From NCBI GenBank assembly GCA_049510745.1, contig JBEKYR010000002.1, forward strand, positions 1 to 64,000: a stretch of 64,000 bases of DNA. Reading direction: 5' to 3'. The notes below the pieces were generated by a model, which worked only from the letters and a program-made list of their open reading frames with translations, had not been told where the DNA came from and searched no databases. The position numbers were made by a program, and so were the translations under genes. Below, one piece after another: positions 29,372 through 40,540 of the stretch (the stretch's first letter is position 1; each line of letters begins with the position of its first letter). The stretch comes from Verrucomicrobiota bacterium. Lineage in GTDB: Bacteria > Verrucomicrobiota > Verrucomicrobiia > Limisphaerales > Palsa-1400.

Positions 29372-30483
29372 TGAACCGCATTTGGGCCATCATCGAACGC
29401 GACCTGCGCCGGTTTCGGAGCAGCCCGACGCTGATGATCGTTTCGATGGTGATGCCGCTGGCGCAACTGGTGGTGCTCGGCTACGCCTTTGGGGGGAAGG
29501 TCAAGCATCTGCAAGTGGGAGTATTGGACCAGGATCACGGCGGGTCGGCGATCAAGGTGCGGGAAATGGCGCAGGCGGTGGCGGCCAACGCGCAGACGTT
29601 TGAAACGGTCAATTACGACGATCAGGCGGCGGCGCTGCGGGATTTGCGCGGCGGGAAAATCAGCGGGCTGCTGGAGATTCCGCCGGAGTTCTCGCGCAAG
29701 GTGCTGGCCGGAGACAACCCCCATATCGCGCTGGTGGAGGACAACACGGACCAATTCGCCGCCTCGGCGCTGGAGGGAACCGTCAACCAAATGCTGGCGC
29801 CTTTCAACCGGCCGCCCGTGCCGGCCCGCCTGACGGCCAACGCCACGCTCTCGGTGGTCGAGGTCTATCCTTACGTGCCCTACATTCAATACCTGTTGCC
29901 GGGGACGATTGTGCTGGCGATTTTTGTCTCGGCCATGATCGGCGGTGGCATCATCTATATAGACGACAAGGCGCGCGGGTTGCACGAGGGCTACCTGGTG
30001 ACGCCGATTCGGAAGGTGGAGTTGATCCTGGGCTTCAATCTGTCGGGAGCGGCCAAGGCCGTGCTGGCCGGGCTGGTGCTGGTGACGTTCGGCTCGATCA
30101 TCGCCGGGATACCGGACCCGTTGAACCTGGCGCGAATGGCGCGGATGATGTTGCTGGTGGTGGTGACGTCGCTGGCGCTGATCAGCCTGATGTTTCTGCT
30201 AATGGTGCGGGTGAGCGATCCGCTGGTGCCGCGGGCGATTTTCGGCGTATTGAACACCGTCCTGTTTTTCCCCAGCGGCGCGGTCTATCCGACGCAGGCC
30301 TTTCCGCCCTGGATGAGAGTCATCACGACGGTGGACCCGTTCACGTACGCCGTGCATGGGTTCAAGCAATTGGTCTTGAAGAACACCGGCTTGGGCGCCA
30401 TCACCGGCGACCTGGCCTATCTGGCCGCCTTCACCATCATCTCGATGGCGGCCGCCACGCTGTTGTTCCGACGAACCCTCTAG
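29371..30483 (+). CDS. ABC-2 type permease
   Basis: TM1, large loop, five further TMs; SGAVYP and DPFTYAV motifs. Confidence 0.9.
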   Translation: MNRIWAIIERDLRRFRSSPTLMIVSMVMPLAQLVVLGYAFGGKVKHLQVGVLDQDHGGSAIKVREMAQAVAANAQTFETVNYDDQAAALRDLRGGKISGLLEIPPEFSRKVLAGDNPHIALVEDNTDQFAASALEGTVNQMLAPFNRPPVPARLTANATLSVVEVYPYVPYIQYLLPGTIVLAIFVSAMIGGGIIYIDDKARGLHEGYLVTPIRKVELILGFNLSGAAKAVLAGLVLVTFGSIIAGIPDPLNLARMARMMLLVVVTSLALISLMFLLMVRVSDPLVPRAIFGVLNTVLFFPSGAVYPTQAFPPWMRVITTVDPFTYAVHGFKQLVLKNTGLGAITGDLAYLAAFTIISMAAATLLFRRTL

Positions 30484-31076
30484 GCGGATTCTCGCCATGG
30501 GAGATACGAGCCGTGGGCGATGCGGCCTTCAAGAACCTGAATATCTTCGCGACACTTTGAAAAGATTTGGCGGTATCTTTTCGCGGCCTCGTAACCAAGC
30601 GTCTTGCGCCCGCCGCCGGGGTCATTTTGCAGTCGGCGAGTCGCGACCAACTTCTCAAAGTATTTTTCCTTGGGATTGTGCTCGTTGCGGATTTCCTGCC
30701 AACTCCAATCCGGCGGCAGGTCGTGGCCCGCAAGAACCCAAACCTCAAGCTCCTGCCAGGCATTCTCGGCGATCATAAACTTCGGCGCGCCGAGCAGCGT
30801 GTTCAAGTGCTGTTCCAGCCCGTCAAGGGCCTGACGGCGGTCGGATTCCCCGTCGCGATCGACACAGAGCAGAAAAAGATCAACGTGCCATTTGTTGTCT
30901 TCGACAACCTGCCGCAAGAGTTGGCGGTTTAGCGCCTGGACAATCCCGCCGATCAACGGGTCAGTGAGTACTCTCACGTTCGCTGGTTTTCCCAGCTTTG
31001 CGAACATCGCCGCGATTATCGGCTGGAGGATGAATTGGTCCTTGCGAAAGTCTTCCGGAATGACGAGTACGTTCAT
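30480..31076 (-). CDS. TOPRIM-like protein (DUF4276/RloB/AriB-like)
   Basis: VLVIPED..D, LLCVDRD (DxD), QELEVW (ExE) motifs; coupled to the ATPase gene. Confidence 0.65.
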   Translation of the reverse strand: MNVLVIPEDFRKDQFILQPIIAAMFAKLGKPANVRVLTDPLIGGIVQALNRQLLRQVVEDNKWHVDLFLLCVDRDGESDRRQALDGLEQHLNTLLGAPKFMIAENAWQELEVWVLAGHDLPPDWSWQEIRNEHNPKEKYFEKLVATRRLQNDPGGGRKTLGYEAAKRYRQIFSKCREDIQVLEGRIAHGSYLPWRESA

Positions 31077-32251
31077 TTCCGCTCCTCTTCAAGCGGGAAC
31101 GGCTGCGGTTTTCCCTCCGTGAATTCCATCGCGTCTTCCATCCAGGAACTTTCGTGCAAGCGCGCGATGTCTTGATTTTTAATCACGTCCATCAAATGCG
31201 GGATGTCCGGCAGTTGCTTCACGCGGCCCTCGGACGTGCCTTTGACTCGATAGACCAGCGCGGCGTTTTCCAGGTCTTCACGGCGAATGAGGCGCAATAC
31301 TTGCGGCGAATGAGTTGTGGCGACGACTTGGATGCCCCTGTTCCGGGTGGTGCTCGCTATCAAATCCATCAGCAACGCCAGGCGGGTTGGATGGATTCCG
31401 GTATCGATTTCCTCCAGAAAGTAAAACCTGGCCGGCTTGGGACCGAGCAACGCGGCCAGCATTCCCAGGAATCTCAACGTGCCATCCGATGCGCTTTTGG
31501 CGGAAGTTTTGCGTCCCCCTTCTTCCACCAAGTACACAAGAATCTTACCTTCGGCATCAGGCACGAATTTAAAACCGACCACATCCATCGGCGTCAGTTC
31601 CTGAATCCAGTGAGACAACGCCTGCTTAAGTTCGGGTTTTTCGCAGATGGCTTGGAGGACGGAGGAAAGATTGTCCCCCCGGTCACCCAGAATCAACTGC
31701 CCCGGAACAGATGGTCTGCGCATTGATTCGGGATCCAGATCGATGAAGCGAATCGATCCCAATTTCAAGTCGTCTACCGGGGCTACTCCAGGACTAAAAG
31801 TGAGTTGCGGCTGCATGGGGAAGCCATCATAGTCCTTCATTTCCCAAACTGGCGGTATCGGTGGTTTGTCGTAGTAAATCCCTTCCTTGCGCATTTGAGG
31901 CGAACCGCCATGTAGACCGCATTGGACCGTAATCTCGTAGCGAAACGGAAAGGCGCTCACCTCGTTCATCACATACTCCACTTCGAGCTTGAACTCCTCC
32001 TCGCCGGAGAAACATATCTCCCGCGTGCCGCCGCGGATGCCGCTCCACTCGGGTTGTCCGCCCTCGCCCCATTTACCCCCGATGATCTCCGCCAAATTAT
32101 AGCCGCGGCCAACGCCGTGCAGGAAACGCAGGGCGTCGCGGATGTTGCTTTTGCCCGACGCGTTGGCGCCGACCAAAATGCTGAACGGCCCAAAGTGAAC
32201 TTCCGCCTTCCGGAAGTTTTTGAAATTCGTCAATGTTAACTTCTTTATCAT
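31073..32251 (-). CDS. ABC/SMC-like ATPase (AAA_21 type)
   Basis: LTNFKNF, GANASGKSN, ASDGTLR signature, LEEIDTGIHP, TTHSP. Confidence 0.88.
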   Translation of the reverse strand: MIKKLTLTNFKNFRKAEVHFGPFSILVGANASGKSNIRDALRFLHGVGRGYNLAEIIGGKWGEGGQPEWSGIRGGTREICFSGEEEFKLEVEYVMNEVSAFPFRYEITVQCGLHGGSPQMRKEGIYYDKPPIPPVWEMKDYDGFPMQPQLTFSPGVAPVDDLKLGSIRFIDLDPESMRRPSVPGQLILGDRGDNLSSVLQAICEKPELKQALSHWIQELTPMDVVGFKFVPDAEGKILVYLVEEGGRKTSAKSASDGTLRFLGMLAALLGPKPARFYFLEEIDTGIHPTRLALLMDLIASTTRNRGIQVVATTHSPQVLRLIRREDLENAALVYRVKGTSEGRVKQLPDIPHLMDVIKNQDIARLHESSWMEDAMEFTEGKPQPFPLEEERK

Positions 32252-32353
32252 CGCGCCTACGGCTGTTGCGGGGGCGAGTTTAGGCGATTTGCGGGCGTTT
32301 GTAAGCAGAATTTCATTCGACATTCGCGGGGGCGTCCGTTCAAGATAGGGGAG

Positions 32354-33154
32354 ATGCATTGGCCGGCGGATTATCACATCCACACGCCGCTCTGCCGGCA
32401 CGCCCAGGGCGAGCCGACGGAATACGCGGCGCGCGCCGTCGCGCTTGGACTGGACGAAATCGGTTTTTCGGACCACTCGCCCATGCGGCGCGATGATTTC
32501 GACAATTGGCGCATGCGGTTCGACCAGTTGGGGGAATACGTCGAGAAGGTGCGCCGGGCGCAAAAGGATTTTCCCGCCCTGTCCATCAAGCTGGCGCTGG
32601 AGGTCGATTATTTGCCGGGACACGAGGACTGGATTCAGGAATTGGCGCGGCTGCATCCGTGGGATTATTTTATCGGCTCGGTCCATTACGTGGCGGATTC
32701 GTGGGCGCTGGATAACCCGGACGACATGCGCAAGTGGACGGAACGCAATCCGTACGAAGTCTGGTCGGTCTATTTCGAGCGGCTGGGGCTGGCGGCGGAA
32801 TCGGACCTTTTTGAAATCATCGGCCACGCGGATTTGCCGAAGAGATTCAAAATTTACCCCAAACAGAATGTCACGCCGCTCTTCGAGCGTTTCCTGGATA
32901 AAGCCGCCAAGAGCGATGTGGCGATCGAGGTGAACACGGCCGGCCTGCGCAAGGATTGCCGGGAGATTTACCCCAGCCGCGCGTTCCTGGAACTGGCGGC
33001 GCGGCGCAAAATTCCCATCACCTTTGGGTCCGACGCGCACGCGCCGGGCGAGGTGGGAAGCGACTTTGCGGCGGCGCTGGAATTGGCCCGCGCGGCCGGC
33101 TACACGCACACTTGCCGGTTCGACCAGCGCGAGCGCACCGAGACCCGACTTTGA
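32354..33154 (+). CDS. hisJ: PHP-family histidinol phosphatase (HisJ/HisK type)
   Basis: DYHIHT, GFSDH, GSVH, GHADLPK, EVNTAG, GSDAH. Confidence 0.88.
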   Translation: MHWPADYHIHTPLCRHAQGEPTEYAARAVALGLDEIGFSDHSPMRRDDFDNWRMRFDQLGEYVEKVRRAQKDFPALSIKLALEVDYLPGHEDWIQELARLHPWDYFIGSVHYVADSWALDNPDDMRKWTERNPYEVWSVYFERLGLAAESDLFEIIGHADLPKRFKIYPKQNVTPLFERFLDKAAKSDVAIEVNTAGLRKDCREIYPSRAFLELAARRKIPITFGSDAHAPGEVGSDFAAALELARAAGYTHTCRFDQRERTETRL

Positions 33155-33173
33155 ATTCTTAGCGAAAGACGCC

Positions 33174-33800
33174 ATGAAATTCCTCTCCCTGCTCCTTGCC
33201 GCCGGTTTCCTGGCGTCCTTCGCGGGCGCGGAAACGGTTCATTTCGACTCCGCCAAACCGGGTGCGTTGCCCGAAGGTTGGCTGGCTGGAGTGACCGGTC
33301 CCGGAGCCGCGCAATGGGCGGTCGCCGCCGATCCGGTCGCGCCCGGCGCGCCCCGCGTCCTCCAGCAGTCCGGCGCGGTTCCTTCCCACAGCTATCCCTG
33401 GTGTGTGAAGAAGGATGTTTCGTTGCAGGACGGGTTTGTCGAGGTCAAATTCAAGCCGCTTTCCGGCTGGGAGGACCAGGCGGGCGGCGTCGTCTGGCGG
33501 TGGCAGGACGGCGACAATTATTACGTCGCCCGCGGCAACGCCCTCGAAGAGAACGTCATCCTTTTTCGCACCGTCAAGGGCGCCCGGCGGGAGCTGCATC
33601 GTTGCGCCGTCAAAGTCGCACCCCATCAGTGGCACACGCTGCGCGTCGATTTCAAAGGCAGCCATTTCACCGTGACGTTCGATGGCCGGAGTGTGATGGA
33701 ATGGGATGACGAAACCTTCAAAAAGGCGGGAGCCGTCGGCGTCTGGACCAAGGCCGACAGCGTGACGGCGTTTAATGACTTCCAATTCGACGGCCACTGA
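33174..33800 (+). CDS. Secreted ConA/LamG-like beta-sandwich protein (DUF1080-like)
   Basis: Signal peptide; DQAGGVVWRWQDGDNYYVAR, WHTLRVDF, GVWTKADSVTAF. Confidence 0.7.
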   Translation: MKFLSLLLAAGFLASFAGAETVHFDSAKPGALPEGWLAGVTGPGAAQWAVAADPVAPGAPRVLQQSGAVPSHSYPWCVKKDVSLQDGFVEVKFKPLSGWEDQAGGVVWRWQDGDNYYVARGNALEENVILFRTVKGARRELHRCAVKVAPHQWHTLRVDFKGSHFTVTFDGRSVMEWDDETFKKAGAVGVWTKADSVTAFNDFQFDGH

Positions 33801-33900
33801 CAAAGAAAGATTTGCGGTTTACAATTTGCGGGATTGGCTTTAGTCAATGTCGCGCGTTTCGGCTCGGAATAAAAAGTGCGAAGACATTCCAAACTGAATC

Positions 33901-36900
33901 ATGACAACCGCAGACAAGCCCGCGCCAACCGCGCCCCCGCCCCCACCCAAGCGCAAGGTCCCCAATGTGCGCCTGTCTTCCCGCCTGGCTGACGCCGCCC
34001 GCCTGGACGCCCCGGAGGCGTTGCGCCTGCTGGAAACCGGCCCGGAAGGTTTGACGGAAGCGGTCGCGGCGGAGCGCCTGGAGCAAGTCGGCCCGAACGA
34101 AGTCTCCCAGGAAAAACATAACGTCTGGACGGGCCGCCTCTGGCACGCCGTGCGCAATCCGCTGGTCATTCTGCTCACGGTGCTGGCCATCATCAGCTTT
34201 TCCACCGCCCAGGAAACCAGCGATTTCCTCGGCGCCTGGCTCATGGTGGCGATGGTCATCCTCGGCGTGGCGCTGCGCTTCATCCAGGAATCCAAGGCGG
34301 ACTCCGCCGCCGCCAAGTTGAAGGCGATGATCAAGGTCACGGCCACCGTGGTGCGCGACGGCCAGGCCGCGGAGGTCCCCTTGCAGTGCCTGGTGCCGGG
34401 CGACATCGTGAAATTGTCCGCCGGCGATATGATTCCGGCGGATGTGCGCATTCTGACGGCCAAAGATTTGTTCATCATCCAGGCGACGTTGACGGGGGAA
34501 TCGTTGCCGGTGGAAAAGTTCGACACGCGGGAAACGCGGGAGAACATTTCGCCGCTGGAATTTGCCAATCTCTGCTTTTTGGGAACGAGCGTGGAAAGCG
34601 GCGCCGCGCAGGCGCTGGTAGTGGAGACCGGTCCCCGCACTTACCTGGGCGGCATCGCCAGCAGCATGACGACGCAGTTGGTCGAGACGAACTTCGACAA
34701 AGGGATCAAGCGGTTCACGTATCTGATGCTGACGTTCATGCTGATCATGGTTCCGGCGGTCTTCTTTATCAACGCCTTGAGCAAATCGCCCTCGCAGGTG
34801 GCCGACGATGACCTTGTCAAACTCCCTTCGCTGGCTGGCAAACTGGCGGCAAAAGCCGACCCTGTCTCCGCCTTTGTGAGCGAGCAATTGGACGCCGGCA
34901 CCAAGGCTTGCCTGGCGGCCTACCAGGTTTCACCCACCAATAGTGAGGCGCTGGCCGGGATGCTCGTTTCCAACCTGAACCTGATTGTTTCCGGTCCCTC
35001 CATCTATGATCAGAAACGTTTCCAAAATGTCCCGCTGCAGCCGGAAACGAAGTCACGCCTGAAAAACCCGCGCCGCCATGATTTCAGGCTCAACCGGCTG
35101 CTGCTGGAGGACGCTTACCCGGCGGAACTGAAGAAAAGCGGCAAGCATGATTGGGCTGGGGCGTTTCTGTTCGCGCTGGCGGTGGCGGTTGGATTGACGC
35201 CGGAAATGCTGCCGATGATTGTCTCCGTCTGCCTGTCCAAGGGGGCGCTGGCCATGGCGAAGAAAAAAGTCATCGTCAAGCGGCTCAATTCCATCCAGAA
35301 CTTCGGGGCCATGGACGTGCTTTGCACGGACAAGACCGGCACGCTGACCCGCGATCACGTCATCCTGGAAATTCATTGCGACGTTTTCAAAAAGGAGAGC
35401 GACCCCGTTTTGCTGGAGGCCTACCTCATCAGCCATTTCCAGACCGGGCTGAAAAACGTCCTGGATCGCGCGGTGTTGAGCCATCCGGAGGCGCAGCAAA
35501 AACTGTGCATAGACAATTACAGGAAGGTGGACGAAATCCCGTTCGATTTTTCGCGCAAGATGATGTCGGTCATCGTCGAAACGCCGGAGCATGAATACCA
35601 GATTTTGACCAAAGGCGCGCCGGAGGCGGTTTTTGCCCGTTGCACGCAGTTTGAAAGCGAGGGCGAAATTCTGCCCATGGAACCCATTTTGATCGGCGAT
35701 CTCATCCAGGAATACAATGATCTGAGCGCCGACGGATTTCGCGTTCTGGCCGTGGCCTCGCGGAAGCTGGACAAACGGCCCGCTTACTCCAAAGCCGATG
35801 AATCCGAACTCATTCTCAAGGGATACATCGCCTTCCTCGACCCCCCCAAGGAGTCGGCCGGCCAGGCCATCGCCGCCTTGCAGCACAACGGGGTCAGTGT
35901 GAAAGTGCTGACCGGTGACAACGATCTGGTGACGCGCAAAGTCTGCAAAGACGTGGGGCTGGACACGGGCGAAGTGCTGCTCGGCAACGCGGTGGAAGGT
36001 ATGAGCGACGAGCAGCTTTGCCGGGCGGTGGAAACGACGCAGGTTTTCGCGCGGCTTTCCCCAACCCACAAGCAGCGCATCGTCGAGGCCCTGCGCCACA
36101 ACGGCCACGTCGTCGGGTTCATGGGCGACGGCATCAATGACGCTCCCGCCTTGCGCGCCGCCGATGTCGGCCTGTCGGTGGACAACGCGGTGGACATCGC
36201 CAAGGAATCGGCGGACATGATCCTGCTGGAAAAGAACCTGATGGTGCTCGAAGAAGGGGTGCTGGAAGGGCGGAAGGTGTTCATCAACATTCTCAAATAT
36301 ATCCGCATGGGGGCCAGTTCCAACTTTGGCAACATGTTCAGCGTGCTCGGAGCGAGCGCCTTTCTGCCCTATCAGCCCATGCTGCCGATTCAGATTTTGA
36401 CGAACAATCTGCTCTATGATTTTTCGCAGGTCGCCATTCCGACCGACAACGTCAACGTCAACCTCATCGCCAAGCCGCAGCCGTGGGACATGGGTGAGAT
36501 TGCGCGGTTTATTTTATTCATTGGACCGGTCAGTTCGATCTTCGATTACACGACGTTTTTTGTGATGTTGTATCTTTTCCAATGCTGGGCGCCGGCGGGG
36601 GCGGCCCTGTTTCACACCGGCTGGTTTGTGGAATCGCTCATGACCCAGACCCTGATTATTCACGTCATTCGCACACGGCAGATTCCGTTCCTCCAGGCGC
36701 GGGCCAGCACGGCGCTGACGATCACGACGGTGGTCATCATGGCGATCGGGGCGTGGCTGCCCTATTCGCCGCTGGCGCCGATGCTGCAATTCGTGCCGTT
36801 GCCGGCCCTTTTCTGGCCGATTCTATTTTTGACGCTGCTCTGTTACGTGGTACTGACCCAATTGGTCAAGATGTGGCTGATTCGCCGGAGGTGGCTCTGA
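33901..36900 (+). CDS. mgtA: Mg2+-importing P-type ATPase with extra extracytoplasmic insert
   Basis: TGES, GLTPEMLP, DKTGTLT, GDGINDAP, KYIRMGASSNFGN, NLLYD. Confidence 0.93.
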   Translation: MTTADKPAPTAPPPPPKRKVPNVRLSSRLADAARLDAPEALRLLETGPEGLTEAVAAERLEQVGPNEVSQEKHNVWTGRLWHAVRNPLVILLTVLAIISFSTAQETSDFLGAWLMVAMVILGVALRFIQESKADSAAAKLKAMIKVTATVVRDGQAAEVPLQCLVPGDIVKLSAGDMIPADVRILTAKDLFIIQATLTGESLPVEKFDTRETRENISPLEFANLCFLGTSVESGAAQALVVETGPRTYLGGIASSMTTQLVETNFDKGIKRFTYLMLTFMLIMVPAVFFINALSKSPSQVADDDLVKLPSLAGKLAAKADPVSAFVSEQLDAGTKACLAAYQVSPTNSEALAGMLVSNLNLIVSGPSIYDQKRFQNVPLQPETKSRLKNPRRHDFRLNRLLLEDAYPAELKKSGKHDWAGAFLFALAVAVGLTPEMLPMIVSVCLSKGALAMAKKKVIVKRLNSIQNFGAMDVLCTDKTGTLTRDHVILEIHCDVFKKESDPVLLEAYLISHFQTGLKNVLDRAVLSHPEAQQKLCIDNYRKVDEIPFDFSRKMMSVIVETPEHEYQILTKGAPEAVFARCTQFESEGEILPMEPILIGDLIQEYNDLSADGFRVLAVASRKLDKRPAYSKADESELILKGYIAFLDPPKESAGQAIAALQHNGVSVKVLTGDNDLVTRKVCKDVGLDTGEVLLGNAVEGMSDEQLCRAVETTQVFARLSPTHKQRIVEALRHNGHVVGFMGDGINDAPALRAADVGLSVDNAVDIAKESADMILLEKNLMVLEEGVLEGRKVFINILKYIRMGASSNFGNMFSVLGASAFLPYQPMLPIQILTNNLLYDFSQVAIPTDNVNVNLIAKPQPWDMGEIARFILFIGPVSSIFDYTTFFVMLYLFQCWAPAGAALFHTGWFVESLMTQTLIIHVIRTRQIPFLQARASTALTITTVVIMAIGAWLPYSPLAPMLQFVPLPALFWPILFLTLLCYVVLTQLVKMWLIRRRWL

Positions 36901-37591
36901 TCCGCCGGGCGGGCGCCGCCGGCTTCAACAACGCCCACTGCAAGCTCAATCCCGGCGCCACTCCGCTCAGGTTCCGCAAATCCACCGGCTTGGCGATGTA
37001 GGCCGCCGCGCCCAGCCGTTTGCTGGTCTGGATGTCGCGGTCGCGGTTCGAAGCGGTCAGGACGACGACAGGAATCGAGGCGGTGCGGGGGTCGGATTTG
37101 ACCCGGCGCAACACCTCCAGCCCGCCCAGCCCCGGCAAACCCAAGTCAAGTAAAATGAGCTGGGGCCGCCGGGTGGGCGGGCGCCCGGCGTAGGCGCCCG
37201 TGCGAAAGAGAAAATCCACGGCGTCCAATCCGTTGCGGATGACCTGCACGCGGTTGGTGATGAATTGGAGGGCCTCCATGGCCAACTCGATGTCGTTCGG
37301 GTTGTCCTCCACGAAGAGAATGTCCACCAATTCCCCGCCCCCGATGCCGGCGCTTCCCGATCCGCCCGGCGGCGCCTGGTAGGCGAAAAGGGTGGCCACG
37401 GAGATTTCGAGGGCGCGGGCCAGCTTTTCGATGCTCTGCAGGGAAACGTTGCGCGCTCCGCGTTCGATATCACAAACATAGGTGCGGTGCAAACCCGCCC
37501 TTCCGGCTAATTCCTCCTGCGAGATGCCCAGGCGGCCTCTCCAGGCTTTGACCGACGTCCCAAACGGTTTTTTTACATCAACTCTTTCCAC
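36866..37591 (-). CDS. XRE HTH + response-regulator receiver fusion
   Basis: SQEELAGRAGLHRTYVCDIERGARNVSL then ILFVEDN..LILLDLGLP..VVLT..KP. Confidence 0.85.
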   Translation of the reverse strand: MERVDVKKPFGTSVKAWRGRLGISQEELAGRAGLHRTYVCDIERGARNVSLQSIEKLARALEISVATLFAYQAPPGGSGSAGIGGGELVDILFVEDNPNDIELAMEALQFITNRVQVIRNGLDAVDFLFRTGAYAGRPPTRRPQLILLDLGLPGLGGLEVLRRVKSDPRTASIPVVVLTASNRDRDIQTSKRLGAAAYIAKPVDLRNLSGVAPGLSLQWALLKPAAPARRIRATSGESATS

Positions 37592-37877
37592 AAGCGTGTC
37601 CTTTGCTCCCAGATGATAACAACCCTCACAACAGACTATGAGTGACGGCTCGTTAAAATTGTCCCGACGCTTTGTTTCGCCCCTGAAGATTCATCGTTCC
37701 CCCGGGGACCCAGATAAACTCAACTCGATCATCTGACAACAGAAACGTTACGATAAAGCGAGCGGGAAATCCAGAAAAAAATTCGCTCTTTTCCTGCCGC
37801 CCGCGCGCGGCAAGGCCAGGGCCGGTGCCGGCGGTCGCGGCTCGACAGCGTCCGGGCCTGGCGATAGAATCCAGAAG

Positions 37878-38102
37878 ATGGAAAGCGCTCAAGATGAAGC
37901 ATCGGCCCTGCCGCGCCAATGGCTGGAGGAATTTGAAGCCGCCGCCCGCCGTCCCCTGGAAACGCGCTTTCGTTATTCCTTTATTCACACCTACAAACCG
38001 GTGTTGGACGACGCCCCGTATCGCGCCTTTGACACCATGGAAGACTACCGCCGCTGGTGCGAGGCCAACCTTCCCGACTGGCTCGGCTATGGCCGCGTTT
38101 GA
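37878..38102 (+). CDS. Small hypothetical protein, partner of the nucleotidyltransferase
   Basis: 74 aa, overlaps the start of the next gene. Confidence 0.65.
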   Translation: MESAQDEASALPRQWLEEFEAAARRPLETRFRYSFIHTYKPVLDDAPYRAFDTMEDYRRWCEANLPDWLGYGRV

Positions 38103-38559
38103 TTACCGCCAAGCCGAGGAAATCCGTGATGTCTTCCGCGCCCATCACGTTCGCTACCTTTTTCTCGGCAAGTCGGGGGCCATTCTGTTGGGCTATCCCG
38201 ACACGACGCAGGACGCCGACCTTTTTGTCCAACGGTCGGCTGAAAACGGAAACGCTCTGGTGGGCGCGCTCCGCCAGTTGGGTTTTGCCCTGACAGATCA
38301 ACAGGCTGGCGAAATCATGCGCGGCAAGGATTTCGTCCAGTTGAAGAACGGCCCGTTCGATTTGGACCTGGTGTTTGCTCCCGATGGAATTGAGCGATTT
38401 GAGGATGCCTGGCGCCGGCGGGTCGATGTGGAAGGATTTCCCGTCTGCCACATCGACGACATAATCGCCAGCAAGGCGGCAAGCAACCGGCAGAAGGACC
38501 GTGAGTCCCTGCCCCGCCTGCGTTCGTTCCGCGAGTATTGGATCAAATCGCGGAAATGA
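38089..38559 (+). CDS. Nucleotidyltransferase-fold protein
   Basis: LFLGKSGAILLGYPDTTQDADLF (TxDxD), C-terminal SKAASNRQKDRE. Confidence 0.7.
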   Translation: MAAFDYRQAEEIRDVFRAHHVRYLFLGKSGAILLGYPDTTQDADLFVQRSAENGNALVGALRQLGFALTDQQAGEIMRGKDFVQLKNGPFDLDLVFAPDGIERFEDAWRRRVDVEGFPVCHIDDIIASKAASNRQKDRESLPRLRSFREYWIKSRK

Positions 38560-38782
38560 GGCCGGAAATTGACTTGCGTTTCGGGGCGGGGGGAGTATGG
38601 TAGCGGTTGCCTGGACCCCGCTTTGTGCGGTGTTCATTGAGGCTGAGAAAAGAAAGTTAACACAGGAACCTAACCTTTAACCTCCGTTGCCCGGCAACGC
38701 GGTCAGGTAGGCAATGGAGTCTTCGTAGGCGCCGCCGGCGCGCGCGCCCGCAAGTCTCCCGCAGTTTGTCAAGACGCTATAT

Positions 38783-40462
<1,680 letters not shown>

Positions 40463-40540
40463 TTTGACGCGGGAAAACGCCGGTTCGCTTCGACGCGGGC
40501 CGGCGCCCGGTCCGCGCTTGGGGAAAGCGCGTTTCCCTGG

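Noticed and set aside
32252..33175. N-terminal 300 aa of the 700-aa ORF 31073-33175
   Set aside because: It is the antisense of hisJ; the ATPase starts at MIKKLTL (32251).
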